A DNA stretch of 62,712 nt, counting the filler, from a candidate division NPL-UPA2 bacterium Unc8 (GTDB lineage Bacteria; NPL-UPA2), in the NCBI GenBank assembly GCA_003574845.1. It is 3 parts of 3 records of this genome, joined end to end, with 100 filler letters (N's around TTAATTAATTAA, not from the genome) between each part and the next. Parts side by side here need not be neighbours in the genome. Positions count along the whole stretch, not along the records: positions 9,143 to 38,895 come from NDHY01000010.1; 2 more parts are not named here. One strand, written 5' to 3'. Below the pieces are notes generated by a model. It worked only from the letters and a program-made list of their open reading frames with translations, was not told the DNA's origin and searched no databases. Shown piece after piece: positions 10,161 through 18,833 of this stretch (the stretch's first letter is position 1; every line of letters starts with the position of its first letter). Made by a program: the position numbers and the translations under genes.

Positions 10161-11006
10161 TTATATTCTCTCCGCAACCCTTGTCTCTGTGAGATGGAAT
10201 ATAACCAGACACACTACAAAAACGATGACTGAAACAATGCTGGCGATTAAAAATCCCTTCCATTCGGGGAGCGTTCCCATTAATATAAGGTCTCTTGGCA
10301 CTGAAACGAGATAGTATAGTGGATTATAGTTTGTAACAGTGGCCAGTATTCCCATGGTCGGCCTTGCGTACAAAACGGGTGTCAGGAACATTAAAAAGGT
10401 TACGAGCACCGAGAGCATATTTCCAATATCCCTCATAATCCCATTTAGAAGTGATAGAATGAAGCCAAGTCCAAGTGTAAGCAGCATTATGGGAATTATA
10501 ATAATTGGAATCAATAAAATTGCCATGCTCGGTGCAATTCCATAATAAACAAATAATGTCCCCACCAGAACGAACTGAATTAGAAATGATACTATTGATT
10601 GGCCGGCGGAGGCAATCACCAATGATTTTTTGGAGAAGTTGATTTTTACTATCATTGAACCTGCGTTTACCAGTGAATTTGAACCTGCAACCAGCCCGGT
10701 TGCAAACAACTGCCAGAATGCCATACCAAGTAGCGCATAAATCGGGTAGGGCACCTTAATATCGCCAATGGTAAATATACCAGCACGGTTCAACACAATA
10801 AATGTGCCAACGCTGACAAGCGGTATTATCAACACCCATAAAATCCCCATAAATGATTGTTTATATACGGCAAAAAAGTCTCTTCTGAATAATTGGTAGG
10901 TAAGCCATCTATTTCTTTTAATCTCATTGAATATCTCGCTGAAAATAGATAGATACCCTTTCTTCAGGGAATTGTCCGGTTCATAAGTTGTTATAGTTAT
11001 GTTCAC
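10161..11006 (-). CDS. ABC-2 polysaccharide export permease (Wzm-like)
   Basis: YKQSFMGILW, FLTPVLY, NPL motifs, six TM segments. Confidence 0.85.
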   Translation of the reverse strand: MNITITTYEPDNSLKKGYLSIFSEIFNEIKRNRWLTYQLFRRDFFAVYKQSFMGILWVLIIPLVSVGTFIVLNRAGIFTIGDIKVPYPIYALLGMAFWQLFATGLVAGSNSLVNAGSMIVKINFSKKSLVIASAGQSIVSFLIQFVLVGTLFVYYGIAPSMAILLIPIIIIPIMLLTLGLGFILSLLNGIMRDIGNMLSVLVTFLMFLTPVLYARPTMGILATVTNYNPLYYLVSVPRDLILMGTLPEWKGFLIASIVSVIVFVVCLVIFHLTETRVAERI

Positions 11007-11072
11007 AATATCTCCCGCTATTCTCCAGGCAAAAATAATGCTGCTAAAGTTTGATTGTTTTGGTAAATAAGT

Positions 11073-11149
11073 TCATCTTGTCTGCTTCACCCGCATCTTA
11101 AACTTGTCCATGCCATATTCTTCAATCACCATTTTCTTATATTCTCATT
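11073..11149 (-). pseudogene. Possible 3' remnant of a glycosyltransferase (GT4-like tail)
   Basis: Translation NIRKMVIEEYGMDKFKMRVKQTR* resembles GT4 C-termini; polysaccharide-locus context. Confidence 0.35.
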
Positions 11150-11212
11150 TACTGTTCTACCCATTTCCACACTCAATTCCTTTTATGCATATTGATTTAA
11201 CTCCGCAACATG

Positions 11213-11278
11213 GTAGTCGCAGACTTCAGTCTGCGTTCCACCGACGATAATTCTACGCAACCTAAAGGTTGCGGCTAC
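11213..11278. repeat. Inverted pair of GTAG-type REPs (BIME/REPIN-like)
   Basis: GTAGTCGCAGACTTCAGTCTGCG...CGCAACCTAAAGGTTGCGGCTAC; relatives near 8778, 8827 and 62684. Confidence 0.8.
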
Positions 11279-11376
11279 CAAAAATGTAACAATAATCATA
11301 TTTGCGGAGCTAACTCAATAACCATAATTCCTTTTCCCCTTGACATTCCTTGGAAGTTATTGAAAGCGATTTATAG

Positions 11377-11554
11377 TGTTGAAAAGACAATCATGCAAAG
11401 GGTCAGGGAGATACCTCCCGAAAAAGCAACCGAAGTATTGGACTTCATCGAATTCATAAGTTTTAGAAATTCGCATCACCTTATGTTGCAAGCCCAACAA
11501 GATGTTGTTTCTAAATACTGGGACGACCCTAAATTGGACATCTATAATGCTTGA
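11377..11554 (+). CDS. DUF2281-like antitoxin (start uncertain)
   Basis: IPPEKATEVLDFIEFI..YWDDPKLDIYN pattern; overlaps mazF-like start. Confidence 0.6.
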
Positions 11555-11696
11555 ATTAAAACGAGGCGACATAGTCTTGGTCTATTATCATCTTATTTCT
11601 ACTGGACTAACGCAGAGAAAACTTCGTCCAGCTTTAGTTGTGCAATGTGATAAAAATAATCGTTGTCTCATTGCCTCATTACGGCTCAATAAATAA
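11547..11696 (+). pseudogene. Truncated/degenerate PemK-MazF toxin
   Basis: KRGDIVLV..KLRPALVVQ N-terminal motif, ends after about 49 aa. Confidence 0.7.
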
Positions 11697-11752
11697 TTAT
11701 CTCTCATTTAGATATTCTATCTCACCCATCCACCCATTTACTCATTTACCTT

Positions 11753-11810
11753 TTATATCCTCTCCACCACCCTCGTCTCCGTTAAGAATATAACCAGACA
11801 GACTATAAAT
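11753..11810 (-). pseudogene. Diverged duplicate of the wzm 3' end
   Basis: FIVCLVIFLTETRVVERI* vs FVVCLVIFHLTETRVAERI* at 10161. Confidence 0.8.
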
Positions 11811-11963
11811 CTGAAAACTCCCCTTGCCAGAAATGATTCTTCTGCCTTTTTCCTGTTAAACTTAAGACCTTCTTCAGACAAAGCATCCAGAAAATTCGTA
11901 ACCGTTCACGGTTACCAATGAAGTTATCTCTGGCTTTTTCTAATTTTCGGTTCATGCGTATCA

Positions 11964-12524
11964 TCAGCTGCCTATTCTCAAACTCTTAAGCTCATCTTCT
12001 AAAAAGATGTGGATATTTAAGGCACGAGCCCACCTCATTAAATATCCAAAATCTATCTTTTCCTTATTTTCTGTAATCATATCCCTTACATCTTCAATAT
12101 CCCTCTCCCTTCCAGTCTGCAACTTTATAAGAATTAGATCTTCAAGAGAGATAATATTAAGGGTCATTTTGTTAAACCGAACCTTTTTTACTCTGGCCAA
12201 TATATTCTCCTGGAACTTATTGCCGGCGATAAAAAGGTCGACGTAAGTCTTGTATTTGGTATAACAAAGAGTGATGAACGAAAGGCCTTGAATAAACTTA
12301 ATCGGCTCCTTTTTATCATACCTGAATCCTGCCTCCTTCAGGGTATTGAGAAAATTCTCTATCTGCTCTTCTCTGATAGAGATAATACCATCAATATCAT
12401 AAGTGGCTCGAGGTCTGGCATATACACCAACAGCTATACCTCCCATAAGGACAATCTTTACCTTGTGGTCTTTACATACCTTCAGCAGCTCACTCAATAC
12501 TGTGAGCAAAATATTCTTTGTCAC
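11964..12524 (-). CDS. Nucleotidyltransferase (DUF6036/AbiEii-like)
   Basis: MGGIAV..RATYDID, EDLILIK..GRERDIED. Confidence 0.8.
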   Translation of the reverse strand: MTKNILLTVLSELLKVCKDHKVKIVLMGGIAVGVYARPRATYDIDGIISIREEQIENFLNTLKEAGFRYDKKEPIKFIQGLSFITLCYTKYKTYVDLFIAGNKFQENILARVKKVRFNKMTLNIISLEDLILIKLQTGRERDIEDVRDMITENKEKIDFGYLMRWARALNIHIFLEDELKSLRIGS

Positions 12525-12712
12525 TATTTCAATCTTCCTATCTTTTCTAACATAATCCTATCCCTTTTCAAATGCTCACTTCTCATCTTTTCCAGCTTCC
12601 TGTTTAATTCCTTTTTTGACATTGTGCTTTCCATCAATCCTGATGAAAATTCACACAGGTCAAGCCATATATTTATCTTCTCTTTTGTAGATAATCTTAT
12701 GTTATGTTTCAT
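12524..12712 (-). CDS. Small helical protein, probable partner of the nucleotidyltransferase
   Basis: 62-aa ORF translationally coupled upstream of the NTase. Confidence 0.55.
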   Translation of the reverse strand: MKHNIRLSTKEKINIWLDLCEFSSGLMESTMSKKELNRKLEKMRSEHLKRDRIMLEKIGRLK

Positions 12713-12716
12713 CGGC

Positions 12717-13100
12717 TTAAATCCCTACTTTCCTTCGTATAAATTCACGTACTTTCCTCATTACTAAGACACTTTCCCGGGATTCCTCTATAGTTGCCTT
12801 TTCACCAGGATAACGAAAATTAATTGCATAGGCATTAAGAATATCTAACTCATCACTTATTTTATTGAAGTTTTTATCCATATCACCACACAGTCTATTC
12901 AATCTCTGGAGGTCATGTATTTCAGGTGGCTCAATACTGTTTTTTACAAGAAAAGCTTTCAGATATTTTTCAATACATTGCTGGGAGTGGAAACAAACTA
13001 CATCCGGAATAGGTTTTTTGCGCTTTTTTACCAGATATAAAGCAGATTCAAAATCTTCCTCTGCCTTATATATCCATTCCTCAACCAATTTTTTTCTCAT
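12717..13100 (-). CDS. HEPN domain protein
   Basis: W..KAEED, CFHSQQCIEKYLKA, HDL, RYPG. Confidence 0.9.
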   Translation of the reverse strand: MRKKLVEEWIYKAEEDFESALYLVKKRKKPIPDVVCFHSQQCIEKYLKAFLVKNSIEPPEIHDLQRLNRLCGDMDKNFNKISDELDILNAYAINFRYPGEKATIEESRESVLVMRKVREFIRRKVGI

Positions 13101-13428
13101 AGAGCACCTCACCTTTCTTAAGAATTCTATTAATAAAAAAATCACCCATCAATAGGCGTTCTTTAACTTCAGACGGAGTTTTTACAATAAAGTCCATAGG
13201 CATCTGCCTATCCCGGAACAATCCACTTATTTCTATACGACGCTTTGAAGGTTTATCCTCAGTCTCCATAACAATAAACAAATCTACATCGCTATTCTTT
13301 TTTGGAGTCCCATAGGCATAAGAACCAAAAAGGATAATTTTCTCAGGTTTGAAATGACTGTTTATTCTCTCAACAATTCTTTTGCGGGTCTTTTTTGACA
13401 ATGTTTTCATTTTTTTAAGCTCCAACAA
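13081..13428 (-). CDS. Minimal nucleotidyltransferase (MNT)
   Basis: IILFGSYAYG..SDVDL. Confidence 0.9.
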   Translation of the reverse strand: MLELKKMKTLSKKTRKRIVERINSHFKPEKIILFGSYAYGTPKKNSDVDLFIVMETEDKPSKRRIEISGLFRDRQMPMDFIVKTPSEVKERLLMGDFFINRILKKGEVLYEKKIG

Positions 13429-13457
13429 AACCTCTCACAGCTTCATATACCTCCATT

Positions 13458-15614
13458 CTACAACCCCCTGTACCACTCAATCGTCTTTTTCAATCCCTCC
13501 TCAAAAGATATGTTTGCTCCCCAGCCTAACCCCCGGCTTATTTTAGTGACGTCTAAGGCATAGCGTCGGTCGTGGCCTGGACGGTCGGCTACAAAAGTAA
13601 TGAGGGAGTGAGGTTTCTCCATTATATCGAAAATACAATGCACCAGCTCCAGGTTAGTTTTCTCGCAGTTTCCGCCAACATTGTATATTTCACCTGGCTT
13701 ACCTTGCTGTATGACAAGGTCAAGAGCTCGACAATGGTCTTCTACATGGATCCAGTCACGGACATTTAGCCCGTCGCCATAGACAGGAATTTCCTTGCCC
13801 TCCAGGGCATTGGTGATAACGAGGGGGATAAGCTTTTCGGGGAACTGGAAGGGTCCATAATTATTGGAGCAGCGAGTGATAATGACCGGCAAACCATAGG
13901 TATGATAATACGCCCGACATAAACAATCGGCGGCTGCCTTGCTTGCAGCATAGGGACTGTTGGGCAAAAGAGGTGATTCTTCGGTAAACTTACCCAGCGC
14001 TCCTAGTGAGCCATAGACTTCGTCGGTATTTCCACAGAAATTAAATCTACCATTCCTTTCAACAATAAAATTTTTATTATCCTTGACCTTTAGGCACCAA
14101 ACAACACCTTTATAATCGGTCATCCTATTTTTATGGCGACTAATGGATTTAATGGTATTGGCAATAAAGATATAATATGAATCACCTTCAATCCTCCTGC
14201 CATTTATAAAAGCACGACTATGCCTCTTATGTATGCTTGGCTTAAGATTCAATTTTATGCAGAGTTCACAAATATCGATTACTAGTCTTTCTGAGGAGGT
14301 ATAATATATCTTCCTTTTAGAGCCATTAGAATCCATTAAGCCTTCCAATAAATATTTTAGATATTTTGGTGAATATTCTAACGCCCAGCGTGGAATATGT
14401 TTATTAAGCGCACCTTGACCGCATTGGTTAAAAAGCTCCATGAATATCTTTGAGGTAAAATACAAGTGCGTCCCTGCCTTTCCCTTATGACAATGATACC
14501 TTACACCCAGACCAGACAGCGTTGCTTCTACTCTATTACGGCATCTATCATCCTCTGGAATGTCCAAGAATATTCTATAGCTATGCATTTTCGTCTTATA
14601 ATTACTTTGCCTTTCTATACTTTTAAATCTACCGGTCTTTTTATCCCTCGACTTCTCAGAGTAATCTTTTCTGGCTAAACCCGTTTTTGTTTCTACTTCC
14701 TTTTCTTGATAGGCGGTAAAGCCATCTCCAATAAAAATCCCTAAAATATAAAGCAAGTCTTTTGTTTTCAGTCTGCCATAATTTTTTATATTGAAATGTT
14801 CTTCTTCTTTCCCTAACCAGTAACCTTCTGGTATATAAAAAATACTTCTTTTTGAAATTTTTCCAGCTGACTCGACGAGTAAGTTCTTTTTAGTCGTATC
14901 AAGAATAAACATATTATGGTTGGGGGTAACAAGCAGATCGATTCGTTGATTTTTGAAATGAATCATTTCTCCTTGATAAGATTGAATGATAACTTTTTCA
15001 ACAGGTTTAACTTCTATTTCTCTGGTCCTGGGATTTAACGAAAAAACTAAATCTCCTTCTCTCAATTCCTTATATGTTTTTAATCCTTCCGTGGTCATTG
15101 CTCTTGTCTTTTCATCATAACAACTAACCTGAATGAATTTATCAAGGTTGTGCTTCTTCGCTGCCTCAAGAAGGACTTGGGTTCCCTGGACATTGGTCTT
15201 TATGAAGGGGGAGGAGTCCGTGATGCTGCGGTCTACGTGGGATTCAGCGGCGAAGTTCACTACAACGTTAGGTGTTAGGTTTTGGGTCTTGGGTATTAGT
15301 TCAGAGAAATAAGTGCCGGAGAAGAGGGAGTTCACGAGCTTGCGGTTGCAGATGTCGCCTTTGACGAAAAAGTAACGGGGTGGGTGGTGAGTGGTTTGCG
15401 GTGAGTGGTTGGTAGTGCCGTATTTGGCTTCAATATCGGCGAGGTTGGCGAGGTTGCCGGCATAGGTTAATTTGTCCAGGTTGATGACCACCACGTCATC
15501 ATGATTTTCAAGCATATATCTGATGAAATTGCTTCCGATGAAGCCAGCACCGCCAGTAACCAGGATGGTGGGTGGTGGGTGTTGAGTCTTAGTGGGTACA
15601 TCTCTTTTAATCAT
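13458..15614 (-). CDS. rfbB: dTDP-glucose 4,6-dehydratase with intein
   Basis: [19 protein letters not shown]|intein|TDEVYG, SPYAASK, DRPGHD. Confidence 0.93.
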   Translation of the reverse strand: MIKRDVPTKTQHPPPTILVTGGAGFIGSNFIRYMLENHDDVVVINLDKLTYAGNLANLADIEAKYGTTNHSPQTTHHPPRYFFVKGDICNRKLVNSLFSGTYFSELIPKTQNLTPNVVVNFAAESHVDRSITDSSPFIKTNVQGTQVLLEAAKKHNLDKFIQVSCYDEKTRAMTTEGLKTYKELREGDLVFSLNPRTREIEVKPVEKVIIQSYQGEMIHFKNQRIDLLVTPNHNMFILDTTKKNLLVESAGKISKRSIFYIPEGYWLGKEEEHFNIKNYGRLKTKDLLYILGIFIGDGFTAYQEKEVETKTGLARKDYSEKSRDKKTGRFKSIERQSNYKTKMHSYRIFLDIPEDDRCRNRVEATLSGLGVRYHCHKGKAGTHLYFTSKIFMELFNQCGQGALNKHIPRWALEYSPKYLKYLLEGLMDSNGSKRKIYYTSSERLVIDICELCIKLNLKPSIHKRHSRAFINGRRIEGDSYYIFIANTIKSISRHKNRMTDYKGVVWCLKVKDNKNFIVERNGRFNFCGNTDEVYGSLGALGKFTEESPLLPNSPYAASKAAADCLCRAYYHTYGLPVIITRCSNNYGPFQFPEKLIPLVITNALEGKEIPVYGDGLNVRDWIHVEDHCRALDLVIQQGKPGEIYNVGGNCEKTNLELVHCIFDIMEKPHSLITFVADRPGHDRRYALDVTKISRGLGWGANISFEEGLKKTIEWYRGL
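14028..15122 (-). mobile_element. 365-aa intein with LAGLIDADG-type endonuclease
   Basis: N-terminal CYDEKT, block [14 protein letters not shown] / EGLMDSNG, C-terminal FCGN|T; AT-richer than exteins. Confidence 0.92.
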
Positions 15615-15686
15615 CGGTATCTCGCTCCTTCCTTTTGAAATCCATATTGTTCTGCTCTCCTATATCTAACACCTAATATCTAATAC

Positions 15687-16214
15687 CTAGAGAAAAGGAA
15701 GGCCGGCATCCCTGACAGAGACGATGGGCTGCTTAACAGGCCAGTGGATACCGACCTTCGGGTCGTCCCAGATGATTCCTGTATCATGTTCGGGGGAGTA
15801 TTCCTCTGTTGTTTTATAGACAACATCAGCCTTCTCGCTTAATACGCAAAAACCATGAGCAAAGCCAGCGGGAATGTAGAGCATTTGCATCTTTTCTGCC
15901 GAAAGGGTAATCTCTACCCATTTGCCATAAGTCGGCGAGCCTTTACGGATGTCTACCGCCACATCAAATATCTCACCAAAGATGACTTGCACCAGCTTTC
16001 CCTGCGCTTTAGGATGACGCTGGTAATGAAGCCCGCGGAGAACCCCCTGGACAGAGCAGGAATAATTATCCTGAACAAAGCGCTCTTTGATACCAAAGGC
16101 AGCAAAATCAGAATATTTGTAAGTTTCCGCAAAAAAGCCGCGGTCGTCGGAAAAGACTTCAGGCGTAATCACGACAATTTCAGGTATAGCGAGCCTATCA
16201 AATTTAAATGGCAT
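15687..16214 (-). CDS. rfbC: dTDP-4-dehydrorhamnose 3,5-epimerase
   Basis: DDRGFF, LRGLHYQ, GFAHGF. Confidence 0.95.
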   Translation of the reverse strand: MPFKFDRLAIPEIVVITPEVFSDDRGFFAETYKYSDFAAFGIKERFVQDNYSCSVQGVLRGLHYQRHPKAQGKLVQVIFGEIFDVAVDIRKGSPTYGKWVEITLSAEKMQMLYIPAGFAHGFCVLSEKADVVYKTTEEYSPEHDTGIIWDDPKVGIHWPVKQPIVSVRDAGLPFL

Positions 16215-17089
16215 CAGTCCTCCAATACCCTTTTCAGGTAATCGCCGTAACTACTGTTGTCAAATGTTGTTGCCAGCGCGCGTAATTGTTCCTTGTTAAT
16301 GTAGCCGAGGTTATAGGCAATTTCCTCAATGCAGCTTATTTTAAGTGCCTGTCGTTTTTCAAGTGTGGCAATGAACTCTCCGGCTTTTAGCAGGCTTTCA
16401 TGGGTGCCGGTGTCAAGCCAGGCAAAGCCTCTTCCAAGGAGCTCAACGTTCAATTTTCCCTGTTCAAGATAGGCTTGACTTATGGAGGTAATCTCTAATT
16501 CTCCTCTTGAAGAAGGCGTGAGTTTCTTCGCAATTTCCACTACGCTCCGGTCATAAAAATAGAGCCCGGTAATGGCATAGTTTGACTTCGGCTTCTCTGG
16601 CTTTTCTTTAATAGAGAGCACTGCTCCAAAATTGTCAAATTCTACAACTCCATACCGTTCAGGGTCGCTTACATAATAGCCAAATATCACTGCTCCTCCT
16701 TTGCTTTGCACCTTAGCTGCGGCGCCCTTTAGAATCTCCGGTAAGCCATGACCATAGAAAATATTATCTCCCAGAACAAGACTGACGCAATCTTTTCCGA
16801 TAAAGTCTTCACCAATAATGAAAGCATCGGCTATCCCTCTGGGTGATGACTGCGAAGCATAGTGAATCTGCAGCCCCAACTGCGCTCCATCGGAGAGGAG
16901 AGCCTGGAACCGCGGCAACTCCTGTGGGGTGGAGATAATCAGTATCTCCCGGATACCAGCAAGTATTAAGACTGATAGTGGATAGTAAATCATTGGCTTG
17001 TCATAGACAGGCAAGAGCTGTTTTGTGGTTGCCAGGGTTACCGGATAAAGCCTGGTGGCTCTTCCCCCCGCAAGGATAATTCCTTTCAT
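16214..17089 (-). CDS. rfbA: Glucose-1-phosphate thymidylyltransferase
   Basis: [32 protein letters not shown]. Confidence 0.95.
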   Translation of the reverse strand: MKGIILAGGRATRLYPVTLATTKQLLPVYDKPMIYYPLSVLILAGIREILIISTPQELPRFQALLSDGAQLGLQIHYASQSSPRGIADAFIIGEDFIGKDCVSLVLGDNIFYGHGLPEILKGAAAKVQSKGGAVIFGYYVSDPERYGVVEFDNFGAVLSIKEKPEKPKSNYAITGLYFYDRSVVEIAKKLTPSSRGELEITSISQAYLEQGKLNVELLGRGFAWLDTGTHESLLKAGEFIATLEKRQALKISCIEEIAYNLGYINKEQLRALATTFDNSSYGDYLKRVLED

Positions 17090-17967
17090 TGATTCCTCCT
17101 TATTGTTGTCATAAACTCCCTCAGAGACTCCTCCCATGGGGGCATAATGTCAAGCCCCTGAAGTTTTAGCATGTGATTTTTTAGCACTGAATTTTTAGGA
17201 CGTTTTGCCGGGCGGGAGAATTCCTCACTGGTTACCGGCCTTATGGTTATAGGTTTTAGGTCCCGGGTATTAGGGCTTTTGAAGATCTCCAGTGCAAATT
17301 CATACCAGGTGCAGTTCCCTTGAGAAACACAATGGTAGGTCCCATATGATGTAAGAGGGAGCAGCTTTTTAATCTGCCGGGCGAGGTCTACGGCATAAGT
17401 TGGGGTGCCGCGCTGGTCGTCAACCACTTGAAGTTGTTTGCCTCGCCGGGCAAGATTGAGCATTGTTTTGACAAAATTTTTTCCACCAAGCCCATAAAGC
17501 CAGGCGGTGCGAATGATGAAGAATTTGTGCAATTGCTCTTTCACAAAGTTTTCTCCCAGAAGCTTGGATTTTCCATAGGCGTTAACAGGATTAGGCTTGT
17601 CAGTCTCCAGATAAGGGTCTTCTTTTGTTCCATCAAAGACATAATCAGTGCTAATGTAGAATAATCTAACATCAATTTCTTTAGCGACAATAGCTACATT
17701 TTTAGTTCCCACCGCATTGACGTTAAAGGCTTTGTCCTGTTGATTCTCACAGTTATCAACATCGGTGAAGGCGGCGGTATGGATAATCGCATCAGGTTGA
17801 GCTTCTTTAATGAAATTTCTCGTTGCTTCAAAGTGCGTAATATCAAAATCGGCTCTACCGGCGGGGATTATTAGATAACCATCGCTCAATACCTTCACCA
17901 GTTCGGAGCCGAGCTGTCCCTCAGCGCCGGTCACTAAAATAGTCGGTAGTCGGTAGTCGGTAGTCAA
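17086..17967 (-). CDS. rfbD: dTDP-4-dehydrorhamnose reductase
   Basis: [27 protein letters not shown]. Confidence 0.93.
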   Translation of the reverse strand: MTTDYRLPTILVTGAEGQLGSELVKVLSDGYLIIPAGRADFDITHFEATRNFIKEAQPDAIIHTAAFTDVDNCENQQDKAFNVNAVGTKNVAIVAKEIDVRLFYISTDYVFDGTKEDPYLETDKPNPVNAYGKSKLLGENFVKEQLHKFFIIRTAWLYGLGGKNFVKTMLNLARRGKQLQVVDDQRGTPTYAVDLARQIKKLLPLTSYGTYHCVSQGNCTWYEFALEIFKSPNTRDLKPITIRPVTSEEFSRPAKRPKNSVLKNHMLKLQGLDIMPPWEESLREFMTTIRRNQ

Positions 17968-17970
17968 GAG

Positions 17971-18495
17971 TCAGGACCTCCTTTGTAGTTTATCTTTCTC
18001 AGGAATAAATTCGGAAACGTTTCTTAGAAAGCCTCTTATCACACTGCGGAATTCTTTAATCTCATTAAGTCTTTCAATGTATATCATAGCCGTCTTTTTC
18101 TCTGTTGCGCTGAATTCTTTCTTGCCTTCGTTAATCAGCTCAGACATTTTGCCTATGGCATCCATTGTGTTATTTATCCTGCGCTGTAGACCATCTTTCA
18201 GACGATTGAGCACTACCTTTAATACATCCGACTCACTCTCATAGTGGTCCCTGCGTGAACCCTTGACCCATACTCTCCGAACTGCTCCCCATCTTTCTAA
18301 CTCGCGGATATTGACACTGGCATTTCCCTTACTTATTTCAAGAATTTCGACCATGTCATCCAATGAAAGCGGCTTATTGCTCAGGTAGAGAAGAGCATAA
18401 AGTTGACCGACTACCTGGCTCAGACCAAGACTCATGCTCAACTGCCCCATTGTCTCAATAAAGCTATCTCTGACTTTTTCTAATTCTGGATTCAT
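17971..18495 (-). CDS. GbsR/MarR family transcriptional regulator
   Basis: LYALLYL..PLSLDD..ISKGNASVNIRELERWG..GSRR. Confidence 0.85.
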   Translation of the reverse strand: MNPELEKVRDSFIETMGQLSMSLGLSQVVGQLYALLYLSNKPLSLDDMVEILEISKGNASVNIRELERWGAVRRVWVKGSRRDHYESESDVLKVVLNRLKDGLQRRINNTMDAIGKMSELINEGKKEFSATEKKTAMIYIERLNEIKEFRSVIRGFLRNVSEFIPEKDKLQRRS

Positions 18496-18507
18496 AAGTA
18501 TTTTAAT

Positions 18508-18527
18508 TGTTTAGAACCTACTAAACA
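18508..18527. promoter_or_regulatory. Palindromic operator candidate TGTTTAG-N6-CTAAACA
   Basis: Perfect 7-bp inverted repeat between the -10 box and the regulator start. Confidence 0.6.
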
Positions 18528-18528
18528 T

Positions 18529-18557
18529 ATTATACAACCATTGTCTATGGCTGTCAA
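18529..18557 (-). promoter_or_regulatory. Sigma70 promoter of the regulator-rfb operon
   Basis: Exact TTGACA-17bp-TATAAT. Confidence 0.8.
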
Positions 18558-18587
18558 CAAAAAAATGTGATACACTGAGCAGCAACT

Positions 18588-18656
18588 ATGAACATTATCT
18601 TAGCCATTGGAATTTTTCTTCTTATTGGTTTTCTGGGGGGAAGATTAGCAAGGATA
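18588..18656 (+). pseudogene. Isolated 5' fragment of a membrane protein (cation:proton antiporter-like first helix)
   Basis: MNIILAIGIFLLIGFLGGRLAR then runs into repeats. Confidence 0.4.
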
Positions 18657-18689
18657 AGGGTTCAAGGGTCAAATACAGTTCACAGTTCA

Positions 18690-18777
18690 CCTGTCTGCGT
18701 GCCTGACTGCGAGCCTGTCTGCGAGCGCTCTCGCTCAGGCAGGCGCTCTCGCTCAGGCAGGCAACCGCACAGGCAGG
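18690..18777. repeat. Triple-nested CCTG..CAGGCAGG palindromic mini-elements
   Basis: cctgtctgcgtg[cctgactgcgag[cctgtctgcgagcgctctcgctcaggcagg]cgctctcgctcaggcagg]caaccgcacaggcagg. Confidence 0.85.
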
Positions 18778-18833
18778 CAGTTCTGACTTCTGACTCCTGA
18801 CTCCTGTGAGTAACTGCTGCTCTGGTGCTCTTC

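Larger units (their letters stand above)
9165..10164. repeat. 40-bp perfect direct repeats (9165-9204, 10125-10164) flanking the MNT-HEPN pair
   Basis: ACTCAACACCAAACACTCATAATTAATAACTATCTTTTAT twice, 960 bp apart. Confidence 0.9.

Noticed and set aside
11210-11376. N-terminal half of the 114-aa ORF
   Set aside because: Read-through of the REP pair and intergenic DNA; only the C-terminal part looks like a protein family.
10161-11810. Duplicated wzm tail as a DGR template/variable repeat pair
   Set aside because: Mismatches are not adenine-specific and no reverse transcriptase is present.
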